Shown: piece by piece, positions 30,875 through 45,398 of the stretch
How the letters are laid out: each line of letters starts with the position of its first letter
Position numbering within the stretch: the stretch's first letter is position 1
From: the human T2T-CHM13v2.0 reference genome, Homo sapiens
NCBI RefSeq assembly: GCF_009914755.1
Contig: NC_060934.1
Length of the DNA stretch: 64,000 nt
Strand: one strand, 5' to 3'
The notes under the pieces: generated by a model
What the model was told of the DNA's origin: nothing
The model's input: only the letters and a program-made list of their open reading frames with translations
The model's database searches: none
Made by a program: the position numbers and the translations under genes

Positions 30875-30907
<33 letters not shown>
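30812..30907. repeat. CpG-rich (CA/CG)n tract followed by (CT)n
   Basis: gcacgtgtgcacgcgtgtgcgcacgcgcgtgcgtgcacacaca...ctctct. Confidence 0.92.
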
Positions 30908-30913
<6 letters not shown>

Positions 30914-30940
30914 TCCAATACATAAAGATTTAAAAGCAGA

Positions 30941-31083
30941 CATTAGGCTACTCTGGGCACTTATCCTAAAAAAGTATAAGTACCACCCTATGGGGTACTT
31001 ATGGGTGGTCCTGCTCTGCGAGAACTAAAAAGAAACTTTATTTTTATTAAAAAAACCCAACAAAAATAAATACAAAATAAAAG
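30941..31083 (+). mobile_element. Short polyadenylated ERV1-LTR-like retroposed fragment (LTR2/HERV-E-like)
   Basis: cattaggctactctgggcac...cctatggggta...cctgctctgc, then an A-rich tail; TSD-like taaagatt..a(g)agca at 30923 and 31084. Family assignment from memory. Confidence 0.5.
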
Positions 31084-31539
31084 TAAAGATTAGAAGAGCA
31101 AAAATATGGGAGGGGAGCTTAAAAAAGTGGGCAAGGGATGTTTAAAAAATACAGAAGAAAGAAAGGTTGGGGTAGCATTGGCGTTAGTTAAATGAATGAA
31201 TGATTGGAATGAATGAATGCGGGAAGGAGGGAGGAAACAAAGACACCCCTGGGCTCCATGAAGCACATTGCAAAGAATATGATGTGGGGGTAGATCCCAG
31301 TGGGGCAGGCAGTGATCACTCGATAGCCTCTCCTCTGTTGGGTGGTGGCTGAAGCTCTCCCAACCCCTAGCCCAGAGCTCCGGTAGTGATGGATAACTCG
31401 CATTCTAGTTACTGCCTTTATTTTTGCATCAATTAATATATCTGTGGTATTCTGAAGAAGAGTGATCAACTGCTCCATTTAGAAATTAGAGCTATCTCAA
31501 AAATAAATCCGATGTACAGTATTTTAGCAGGTTATGTGC

Positions 31540-32350
31540 ACTGAATTTAGGAGTTTGTGAATGAACAAGAGTAGGAGTCTCTTAATGAACAGTTTCACCT
31601 ACATGAATTTATCCTAAGAAAATCTTGAATTTGAGCAAAGAGTAACTGACATTGATGTTTTCTGTAGAGGTGTTTCCAACAGCAAAGACTGCACACTACC
31701 TAAACATTATGGATGAATTGTTAACTAAATTATGAAACAATTATATGGTGAAACTGTGTACAGTCATTAAATAGTCACGTTGTAAAACAATATTTAACAA
31801 TGTGGGGAAATGTCCATTTTATAGATTGTTAGATAAAGAGATTACACAAGAATGAATGAAGTATGATCATTAAAAAAACATTATCATGTATCTAATCTAT
31901 GCATATCATCTATCTAATTATATATAATCTTTATATATATCTAGTCTATATAGAATTATGTGAAAAGTGATATAAAGGAAAGAAAAACCTAGGTTCTACG
32001 ACAAAATGTTGACAGCAGCAGTTTCATTCGACGGTGGGATTTTAGATGATTTCATTTTCCTTCTTCACAGTTTTCACTGTTTTTGTTTTTTGTAATGAAC
32101 ACATTACTTTCACAGTTATAGATTAATTAAAACCATTCACTTTTAAAGGAAAAAAATCCAGATTATAAAATAATTATGTGGAAAATGGTCTTATCACATG
32201 TGTGGCTATGCATGTCTGTCATGCCTAAAAAAATGGTTCATAAATAAATGCAACAAAATATATACAGTTTCCATAGGTGATAAAATTGCAGGTGATGAAT
32301 ACTTTTTTTGTATATTACAATTTTTCTTTTGCCAAAAGCATGTAATACTT
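31540..32350 (+). mobile_element. Old L1M/L1ME fragments
   Basis: Degenerate L1 3' motifs such as gaatttatcctaagaaaat and aactaaattatga. Confidence 0.5.
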
Positions 32351-32384
32351 TGGAAAGCAGAAAGAAAATATAATAAAAGGAATT

Positions 32385-32621
32385 GGCCAGGCGCAGTGAC
32401 TCATGCTATAATCCCAGCACTTTGGGAGGCTGGGGTGGGTGGATCACCTGAAGTCAGGAGTTCGAGACCAGCCTGGCCAATATGGTGAAACCCTGTCTCT
32501 ACTAAACATACAAAAATTAACCAGGCTTGGTGGCGGCCGCCTATAATCCCAGCTACTGGGATCCACCGTCCTGGACCTCCCAAAGTGCTGGGATTACAGG
32601 CGTGAGCCACTATGCCCTGCC
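32385..32621. mobile_element. Chimeric fold-back Alu: + strand AluS 5' ~175 nt fused to a - strand Alu 5' ~60 nt
   Basis: Junction ...atcccagctactggga|tccaccgtcctggacctcccaaagtgctgggattacaggcgtgagccac; no tails and no TSD. Confidence 0.9.
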
Positions 32622-33188
32622 TTAAGATGCAATTTCAAAGGAAAGTTACTTATAAGAGTTAATGCAAACTCTCAGAGTTATTCTTACACATGGATCACTG
32701 TAGACACTTCTGCTTACTGTCTTTCTGCCAGGTGTTTCTCCATCTCATAGATAGTGGTGAGATAAATTTTCTGAAGCACACAGATACAATCATGCCACAT
32801 CCCTGTTCAAAAACCATAAATTCCTGTTATGATCCCTCAGAATAAACTCCAGCCTTTTTCTGCCCATCGTGAAGTTCCTTCACTGTCTTGTGGCAATCTG
32901 TTTTCCTCTCTATCCTTCCAGACTCCACAATATTCATGGACTCATCAGCCCATATTTAATGAATTCTTATTACATGTAGGACACCATGCGAGGTGCTGAC
33001 ATACGTAGTTTGTTCTCGTCGAACTAGACAATTCAGCTTTCTCATCTGTGATTTGTGGTTAGTCATCTCTGTGTTTTCTCTTAGGCTGTTTTCTTTTTAT
33101 GAATGTTCTTTCTTCCACTTGTGCTTTTCAAATTCCACCCTTTCTGCGAGTCCCAGTCCAGGTGACACCTACTAGTTCCAGGTGGTAA

Positions 33189-33522
<334 letters not shown>

Positions 33523-33741
33523 CCTTCTTTGTACGTTTCGTACAGCTCTCCTCACACACTGTATTTTACTCCAGCAGGCAGAGATTTTGAGTCACACAGG
33601 GACCAACCTGCTTGGGCCAGGGCAGGGCTGGGGGAGGGTTGGGTGGAGATGGGGAGTTCCCCAGAGAGGAGCGAATATCAGAATCGTGGTGAGCAGGACC
33701 TGCGGTGGTTTAAAACAGATTATTAAAAATAACCATTACTA

Positions 33742-34039
33742 GGCCGGGCACGATGGCTCACGCCTGTAATCCCACCACTTTGGGAGGCTGAGGTGGGTGG
33801 ATTGCCTGAGGTCAGGAGTTCAAGATCAGCCTGACTAACATGGTGAAACCCCGTCTCTACTAAAAATACAAAAATTAGCCGGGCGTGGTGGCAGGTGTCT
33901 GTAATCCCAGCTACTCGGGAGGCTGAGGCAGGAGAATTGCTTGAACCCTGGCGTGGAGGTTTCAATGAGCCGAGATTGTGCCACTGCTCTCCGACCTGGG
34001 TGGCAGAGCAAGACTCTGTCTCAAAAAAAAAAAAAAAAA
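33742..34039 (+). mobile_element. AluS SINE
   Basis: Forward dimer with poly(A). Confidence 0.93.
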
Positions 34040-34220
34040 TTACCTCCTGTTTATTTTTTAGGTTAGTATGACATTTATTTGGACCCTTTAAATGACAGTA
34101 TCAAAAGGGACATGGATTAAAAATGGTGAGCCACACTGCTTGATGGGATTGTGTGAGTGCCTCTATAGCTGCTGATTGAATGAATGAATATAAAAGAGTA
34201 CATGAAAATTACTTTTTCCA

Positions 34221-35672
<1,452 letters not shown>

Positions 35673-35730
35673 TGACCACAGTTTGCCCATGTGTAATGGG
35701 AAAGGGAGTTCCAACCAATGCTCCAGCGAT

Positions 35731-36235
35731 CTAAAGATGACACAGTCCAACACCAACTCAGGTAGAGGTGACACTATCCAATGCCAGCTCAGCAATCCAA
35801 AGGTGACACAGTCCAACACCAACTCAGGGTAGAGGTGACAATATCCAATGCCAGCTCAGCAATACAAAGGTGAGACTGTTCAACACCAACTCAGGGTAGA
35901 GGTGACACTGTCCAACAGTGAGCAAGGTAGAGGTGACACTGTCCAACACTGACTCAGGTAGAGGTGACACTATTTAACACAATCTCAGGTAGAGGTTACA
36001 CTATACAATACTGACCCCAGTAGAGGTGACACGGTCCAACACCAACCCAGGTAGAGGTGACACTGTCCAACACTGACCCATGTAGAGGTGATACTGTCCA
36101 ACACCAATCCAGAGAGAGGTGATACTGTCCGGTGCTGAACTGGTAGAGGTGACACTGTCCATCATGTTACCGAGCCAGGTAGAAGTGACGCTGTCTGACA
36201 CTGACTCTGTAGAGGTGATACTGTCTGTGACTGAT
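35731..36235. repeat. Minisatellite, about 16 copies of a ~31-bp unit (GTAGAGGTGACACTGTCCAACACTGACTCAG)
   Basis: Core GTAGAGGTGACACT recurs every 30-37 nt; the first five units form a ~67-bp higher-order dimer. Confidence 0.95.
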
Positions 36236-36479
36236 TTGCTGAAAATGACAACTTCTTCCAAAGCAGCATTTTGAGAAGTTAATAATAATGATAATTTTTG
36301 ATTTCCATCACAACTTGGCTCTTTTTTCACTCCCTGTCCTTGGTGTGACCGTGTAGCTGGGTGGAAACCCAAAGGCTGAATGCACCTTCCTCAGAGGTGG
36401 GTGTTGAATGATGCCCACATTGAATGACTGTGGTCCCAGACTCTCTCTCTCACTGCTCCATTTGCCTGGGCTCCCCTGT

Positions 36480-36900
36480 ACCCTTCTGTCTACCTCACTG
36501 GGAAGTCCTTACAGACACTCTCTAACCAACACCAGAATAGGGACCTTCTTCTGAACTTTCCATCCTGTCCTTCTGCTGTCAAAGTGCCTCTCACAGGGTC
36601 TTGGTGACTACTATCCTTCCCGTGAGACCCAGGTTCAGTAGCCACCAAAAGCAGGTTAGATTCTGGGACTCTGTCTTGTTTACCTTTGTATCCTCAATGT
36701 CTAGTAGACATGAAATCAATCTAAATTAAATCTAAATTAAAAGAATATCTGCAACAGATATTTGTTGCACATCTGTGTGCTTGGAATTGTGCTGTTAGGT
36801 TTGGAAAGCTTCACAAAAAACTCCAAAGATTCCTACCCACTAGGATTTTACATTCTTACAGGAAATGATTATTTGAACAAATAAGTGTGAATTAAAATTG
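36480..36900. mobile_element. L2 fragments in opposite orientations
   Basis: tgtcttgtttacctttgtatcctcaatgtctag (+) and caacagatatttgttgcacatctgtgtgc (-). Confidence 0.5.
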
Positions 36901-37149
36901 CAGAGGGAGAAGATGGATTCTTATGTTAATTTATTCACAATATTACCATGAATTTGCAAGAATGAAAATGTACCTACATCTCTATATCTTTTTGTGGCTT
37001 GAGAGCTCATTCCCTTTTAGCACAGATATATGTTATATATCTATCTAATATCTATATCTATCTATTTATCATCTCTCTCTCTCTCTCTCTCTCTCTGTCT
37101 ATCTATCTTCTATATCTGTCTATCATGTCTGTCTGTTTAATTTTTTGTA

Positions 37150-37555
37150 CTTTCCCACACCATGATCTCTGCCTCGAGGTGGACAGGTGGAAAGAAGCCA
37201 GAAGATGCCCTCTCAGCTCCTTTCCAGCTAGGATTTTATCAGCTGGACATGGCCACACGTGAGGCTTGGATTTAGATGTGAGTCTCAGAGGCTGGAGATG
37301 GGCACAGTTTCCGTTTTGCTGGGGAGGGTGGTAGAGACACTGAGCCTCTCTGGAAAGTGCTGTGGTGGACCCAGTGTTCTGGGACTGTACCTTCAGCAGT
37401 TTGCAGAGGGAGGACAATTTGAGGACTGCTCTTGGCTGGTTAGCTTTTGAGCCTAATTCTCTGGCTCTCCAGGAACTTGTGTGAGCTTCCTAATAGTCTT
37501 TAATAAATTTTCTGCTTAGGCTAGTTAGAGTGTGCAACACAGAGCCCTGGTGAAC
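37150..37555 (+). mobile_element. ERVL-type LTR (LTR33/LTR16-like)
   Basis: 3' end tgtgagcttcctaatagtctttaataaattttctgcttaggctagttagagt...gcaac. Confidence 0.6.
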
Positions 37556-39156
37556 GCTGACTGCTCTCCTGGGTGCACCCTCAGCCCCGTTCTTTCCTCC
37601 AGTTCCATGCTGTGTTTAGTCAGGAATGACTGGGCAGAGATGACCTCAGCCAGCCTTGATTCCTGCCAGGGCTGTCTCTCTAGTGGGAATTAGAGATCTC
37701 CCAGCCTTGGAAGGCAGCAGCTGCCATCAGAAGGGCAATTTATTGAGTTTGGGATGAAATCCAACTTTTTATATAGGTAATTATGCCAGAATTCAGGTCA
37801 ACCTCTAGGCTGGGTTGACTCATATTCCGAGATATATAGGAAGTAAAACACTATTTGAGCTCCACTGTAGCATTTCCCGTGGAGCTTTAAAATGTCTTTT
37901 AATTATTTGTACATTTCCATTGAACTGCAAATGATTCTGCTCTTCTGAGTACCACGCTTTGTCTGCTTGAAAAATAAAGACACCAAACGACTGCAGATGA
38001 AGGACTGTAGTTAAAGGATGGAATGTTGTCATGAACACTTTGAGAATGGTGACAGTTGGTATTTTCCCAAAGTAAACTCAAAGGTTCAAATTATTAAAAA
38101 GGCTGAGGTGGCCAAATTTGTCTACTGTACTACAAGATCTTCTAACAAGATCAAGACTAAATCCTGGCCAGGAAAACATTGACTTTAGTATTTGTGTTGG
38201 TTCTGGGTTTTCAGTGTTGAAATCTTCCTTGCCCTATTCCCTCTCTTTTCCCAATGCCTCTAGAACTATCTGAGATATGGGACTGGTGTGGTGAAAACAA
38301 TTATTTTGTTAGCCTTTGTCAGAAACATGAGGGGAAGAAAATGTACATAAAATTAACATAAAGTCAGGCAGTGGCACCTGGGAGCCAAAATCCCCTCTGT
38401 CATCAAATTCCCCGTTTTTGTTGGTGACCTCGCTCATGGCGAACGAAGCTGCTGGAAACTTCTTGGTTTAGCTCTTCTACTCTGGTTTCTTTCACGGGCA
38501 ATTAAACTTCCGGGTCTCACTTTCCTGAGAGCTCACCTCTGCTGCTCTTACTTGCATTCTTTCCAAATCTGACAGTCAGTCATCCCATCTCTGGCACACC
38601 CTCAGTTATATCTAGGAATCCCTAGGTTACTTTGAACACACGAACGCACACTTTATAACTTAGTAGCGGGGAGACAGGGGAAACATCACAGTCCATATTT
38701 TACCTTTTCCATGACACCATCTTGTACTCCCTTGTCTTTCTTTCCACAAATCCTTCTTCACCCATCAATCAAGGGCACTTTCTGTGTCATCCAGATGGCA
38801 CTTCCTGTGCCATACAGAAGCTCTTGCCAGGGATAAGTTTTGGCTGAATTGTCAGCTTGTTGATTATAGCACAGCTTAATTATAGCTGTATGGCATTAGT
38901 CATAAAGGGCTCAAGGGCCAGAGAGTGGGCTTGTGTAACCTTTGAGGGTTCACTTTACAAGTAGGTTTTGAGGAGTAAACACAAAGTAGAGTAGGTTTTG
39001 AAGAGTAAATATCAGATACCTCAGCTTTAAGAAGAAGTACTTTAGACATGCTTCTGGCTCAGGATGAGGTCAGCTCTGTGGATGACTCAGAAACCTTTAC
39101 CTTGTAAAGAGCCATGGTTGAGGCATAGATGTTTGATATAAAATATAAAACTTTGG

Positions 39157-39563
39157 TGTATTAGTTCATTCTCACATTGCTATAAAGAAATACCTGAGAC
39201 TAGGTCATTTATAAAGAAAAAGGTTTTATTGGCTCCTGGCTCCAAGGGCTGTACAGGAAGCATGGCAGCTTCTGCCTCAGGAAAATTCCAATCATGGCGG
39301 AAGGTGAAGGGGCAGCAGGCACTTCTCATGGCCAGAACAGCAAGAGAGAGAGGGACGAGGTGCCACACACTTCTAAACAACCAGATCTCGCGAGAATTCA
39401 CTATTAGGAGAACAGCACCAGTGAGATGGTGCTAAACCATTCCTGACAAATCCCACCCCACGATCCAATTACCTCCCACCAGACCCCATCTCCAACACCT
39501 CCAACACTGGGGATCACACGTTGAGATGAAATTTGGGTGGGGACATAGATTCAAACCATAGCA
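39157..39563 (-). mobile_element. MaLR solo LTR (MSTA-like)
   Basis: tgtattagttcattctcacattgctataaagaaatacctgagac...aaaccatagca; exact 5-bp TSD TTTGG. Confidence 0.9.
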
Positions 39564-39790
39564 TTTGGTAACTTCTTCTGTGAGAACAGCCACTCTAACC
39601 TATACTCTTTATCCCTGGACATGTGCAACTTCAGACCAATCAAACCATAAGCACATCCAACCAATCAGAACCCCCGAAAGCCCTGATGCCCACCACCAGG
39701 TCACTTAGAAGGTTGTTTATGCAATCATCAGAGTGCAGTAAGCAGATTGTAGAGCACTGATGTGGCGCTCTGTCAACAACACATCTTAGT

Positions 39791-39945
39791 GCTTATCAGC
39801 ACTTTCAAGCATGTCCGGCTTTCTTTTGCTGTGTTATTAGTAGTCCATCTTTTCCCCATCTTTGTTACTGTTCCATTGCCTGGATTTTTCTTACCATCTA
39901 AACTTCAGGACAGTGTGTCTAAGCCAAAGGGGCTATCTACATGGT
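39791..39945 (+). repeat. Copy 1 of an old local direct duplication
   Basis: 78/100 ungapped identity to 42481-42580 by manual count. Confidence 0.85.
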
Positions 39946-40029
39946 AAAAACGATTGATCACCAGTTAACCGTAATAAAAATATTGTGCCTACTTAAAAAA
40001 AAGTAAGTGGAATTTATTTAAGAATTTGA

Positions 40030-41482
40030 GCGCTGCAGTGTTTCCAGTTTCAAGATGGTCTCCTAAGCTGTTTAGTGAAACTTCTTCCACCTTTCTCCAT
40101 CCCTCTAGGTGGTTATTTATTTATTTATTTATTTATTTATTTTTTCTGAACCTGGATGTAACACATTAAAGGACCCGACGCAAATAGAATCGAAGGCATT
40201 CTAAAATGGCTAACCGTACACTGAAGGATGCGCACAGCGTCCGCGGCACCAACCCTCAATATCTGGTGGGGAAGATCATTCGAACGCGAATCTGTGAGTC
40301 CAAGCACTGGAAAGAGGAGTGCTTTGGACTTATGGCTGAACTTGTAGTCGATAACGCCATGGAGTTAATGTTTGTGGGTGGCGAATATGGTGGCAACATA
40401 AAACCAACACCCTTTCTGTGTTTAATCTTGAAGATGCTTCAGATTCAATCCGAGAAATGTATCACTGCAGAGTTTATAGAAAATGAAGATTTCAAGTATG
40501 TCCACATGTTGGGGGCACTTTACATGAGGCTGATGGGCACTGCAATTGATTGCTACAAGTACTTGGAGCCTTTGTACAATGACTATAGAAAAATCAAGAG
40601 CCAGAACAGAAATGGGGGTTTGAACTGATGCATGTAGATGAGTTTATTGATGAACTGGTGCACAGTGAGAGAGTCTGTGATATCACTCTGCCCCGGCTAC
40701 AGAAACGCTAGGTATTAGAGGAAACTGAGCAACTGGAGCCTTGAGTTAGTGCTCTGGAAGAGGACATAGATGATGTGGAGTCCAGTGAAGAGGAAGAAGA
40801 GGAGGATGAGAAGTTGGAAAGAGTGCCATCACCTGATCGCCTCCGGAGAAGCTACGGAGACTTGGACAAGCCCCGTCCATCTCCCACACTGTGCTACAGA
40901 AGGAGTAGGAGTCTGTCTCCCAGAAGGCGGAATCGATCTCCCAAAAGTAGAAGCCCCTTCTCCCGCCGAGAAAGGCATCCGAGCAAGGGTCCAAGACATC
41001 ACCGCAGCAGATCCCGAGACCGGCGGCACAGATCCCGTTCCAAGTCCCCAGATCCTCACCGTAGTCACAGACACAGGAGCTACTCAAAATCTCCCAAAAG
41101 GTCTAAGAAGAGCCACAAGAAGAGCCGGAGAGGGAATGAGTAAGGGACTCAGTTTGGCTTTAGTCCAAATGGGCTCCTGTGGATACGAGGATATCTGTCT
41201 ATGTGGAAGGATTAAGATCTTCCCAGGCAGCTATAAGAATATTTTAGTTTTTTCTTATCAATTTTCTCAACCTTTATTTTCAATGAAGGAGGTGCTGAGT
41301 TTTATATCTCTTTTTAATCATAATCAACAACAGTTTCTGACCCAACTTACCTTGACTGTATTCAAACTTATGAGGGTAGAAAGGATCTGAAGGTTGGGGT
41401 TATGAATGACAAGGATTGGATGTGTCCACCTGATGACGTTTTCCCTTTTTATTAAACTGGACACACCTGTAAAAAAAAAAAA
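40030..41482 (+). pseudogene. PRPF38AP1: Processed pseudogene of PRPF38A (pre-mRNA processing factor 38A)
   Basis: ATG at 40206 gives MANRTLKDAHSVRGTNPQYLV...YLEPLYNDYRKIKSQNRNG, the PRP38 N-terminal domain. The acidic stretch and RS-rich tail (...SKKSHKKSRRGNE) end at TAA 41141-41143. No introns; 1-nt deletion at about 40614-40618; in-frame TAG 40709-40711 and TGA 40742-40744. ATTAAA 41451-41456, poly(A) 41471-41482, TSD-like AAGAATTTGA (40020-40029) / AAAAATTTGA (41478-41487). The parent gene call is secure; the P1 versus P2 locus name is from memory. Confidence 0.95.
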
Positions 41483-41882
41483 TTTGAAAAGGGCAAAAAC
41501 CTAATTAGGTCATGCACAAAGGGTAAAGACAGGCGACTTGAAGAATACAGTTTCTCTCCTGTAGGTTTTTGCCTGGAGCCTTGCCACCTCTTGATCTGCT
41601 TGTGTGGTGTTTTCTTTCCTCCTTAATCTCCAAAGGATGCAGCTTCATACTCTGGACAGGAAAGGGGCCAGCTGTAGGGTGAATGTCAGAGAAAGCCAGA
41701 AAGGAGAAGGGGAGTTCTTTCAAGTCAACACATGATGGGCGTACACACAATGGAAATGAAGCTCCCCACTGCCATTAAAAATATTATTTCTCACCGTGTT
41801 TAACCACCAAAGGGGTCTATGCAAAAGCTGATACTGATGCAGTTCTGAGTGGGTTCTGATTTTATTGACATGACTTCCATGA

Positions 41883-42293
<411 letters not shown>

Positions 42294-42480
42294 TCTGTTT
42301 TTGACCCAGAAGCAGTGGGGTTGCTGGTGAGGAGAACACAAATGTAGATATTAAACAGTTGACACTTGCCTATTGGTTTTTCAATACTACCCACCTTTTC
42401 TTTTTTGAAAAATAATGGACTTATATGTTTTCTTGGGCATCTCTATCTCAATTTTACTCTTTACAGATTCACCAACAAGA

Positions 42481-42627
42481 GCTTATGAACACACTCAAGT
42501 GTGTCCTGTTTTCTCCTCCCATGTTATTAACAGTCCATCTCTTCCTCACCTCTGTTACTGTTTCATTGCCTTGATTTTTTTGGTCCAACTTAAACTCCAG
42601 GACAAGCCAAAGGGGTTATCCAAAGGT
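42481..42627 (+). repeat. Copy 2 of an old local direct duplication
   Basis: Aligns to 39791-39945 at offset 2690, with a ~7-nt indel near the end. Confidence 0.85.
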
Positions 42628-43639
42628 CTCAGTTTTACTACCTTTTTTGTTTCTTTGTTTTTTAAAGGATTATCCTTGCAGTCAACCAACAAACCAATTG
42701 CCTGAACCAATGAGAGGTAAGTGCCAAGTGGCACAAAAAGAGCAGAATATTCCAAAGGCTCCTGTGCACCTGCAAGTCTGGTGGCCAGATATGACAAGTT
42801 AGTGCTTCTTTGTTTGTTAGCCTTCCAGAGAGAGCTGTCCCCACAACAGTCATTGGAAGTGTACTTGAGAGGATTTTAAGTAAATACCACCATGAGGCCA
42901 ATGTGTGCGAACTGTCAATTTGTATTTCTATGATGTGTGACTGTGCTGAAGCAGGCACCATGAATCATTCAGGATTACCCTTACGGAGAGCCTCTAATTC
43001 TGCCTGAAGGATTAGGGAAGCAGGGTTCAAATGCCATTCATCAGCCCTGTCTTTCAGGGAGCACTAGTAAAGTCATCCTGTGCCTGACCTACAGTTGAAG
43101 CACTCAATTTCTGAGTCTCAGAGAAAGGTCACCTAAAGGTAATGGAATATTTTTGTCAAGGTAGCAAAGTCCTGCTCCCTAAGCTGGCTTGGGAAAATAC
43201 TCTCTGGGACCGAAGATGAGGAGGAGGGGAGACTCTTAGGGAGAAGAGAGACAATGGTTCATTGCTCTGGGTATTTCTGAAAAAGGTCTTCCTGAATCAT
43301 AGGTATTAATGCTGCTTTTAAGGGTATTCCTACTGAAATGCAATGTTAAAATCTTCTCAAAGGAGAGTACATTCACTATCAAGTAGATGCTAAACAGACG
43401 AATAGGAGACGTTTTTTCAACAAGTAGTTTGCAATTCCCTTCCTTTTGTATCTTCTCGGTTCAGGCCTTTGGATAGTATCTGGATCTTTTTTGTGCTTGG
43501 CAACCTTAATTATTCTCTGTTAATCACTCTGGGTGTTTGATTGATTAGATTTATATTTAAATACTGAACCAACTTTTACAGAGCAGTGGACTTCATGGAA
43601 TCATTAAGAATGAGACTAAGAAGTTCAATGTAAAGAATG

Positions 43640-44138
43640 TATATACCCAAAGGAATATGAATCATTCTATCATACAGACACAATCACACATATGTTCATT
43701 GCAGCATTATTCACAATAGCAAACTAAATGCCAATCAGTGATAGACTGGATAAAAAAATGTGGTACATATATACCATGGAATACTATGCAGCCATAAAAA
43801 AGAATGAGATTATGTCCTTTGCAGGAACATGGATGAAACTGGAGGCCATTATCCTTAGCAAACTAACACAGAAACAGAAAACCAAATACTGCATGTTCTC
43901 CCTTATAAGTGGGGGCTAAATGATGAGAACACATGGACGCATAGAGGGGAACAACACACACTGGGACCTGTTGGAGAGTAGAAGTTGGGAGGAAGGAGAG
44001 GATCAGGAAAAATAACTAATGGGTACTAGGCTTAATACCTGGGTGATAAAATAATCTGTACAACAACCCCCTGAGACACAAGTTTACCTAACAAACCTGT
44101 ACTTGTACCCCTGAACTTAAACTAAAACTTAGAAAAAA
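43640..44138 (+). mobile_element. L1PA (older primate) 3' end, 5'-truncated
   Basis: ORF2 C-terminus WYIYTMEYYAAIKKNEIMSFAGTWMKLEAIILSKL plus L1PA 3'UTR. Confidence 0.93.
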
Positions 44139-44229
44139 TGAATGAAATAGCCTAGGTTTGGGATTTTAATATTTGGTGTTGTCTTCAATGACTCGCCCCA
44201 AATATTTTGTAATTGTTGTGAAGACATTT

Positions 44230-45330
<1,101 letters not shown>

Positions 45331-45398
45331 TGATAGTGCATATCACGTTTTTTTTTTTTTGAGAGAGAATATTTCAGGACACATGGAAATTATGTAAA

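Noticed and set aside
35731-36235. CRISPR-like appearance (conserved core with variable spacers)
   Set aside because: The linkers are short and homologous to one another, there are no cas genes and the context is primate; it is a minisatellite. The S/T-rich ORF 36001-36372 is repeat read-through.
40206-40628. 140-aa ORF as a functional PRPF38A gene
   Set aside because: Truncated by a frameshift, with downstream stops, many substitutions and retrocopy hallmarks.
40770-41390. 206-aa and 122-aa ORFs
   Set aside because: Out-of-frame and in-frame remnants of the pseudogene's RS region.
45348-45370. Poly(T)+gagagaga as a tiny Alu stub or 3' transduction
   Set aside because: Too short to assign, with no clear TSD.
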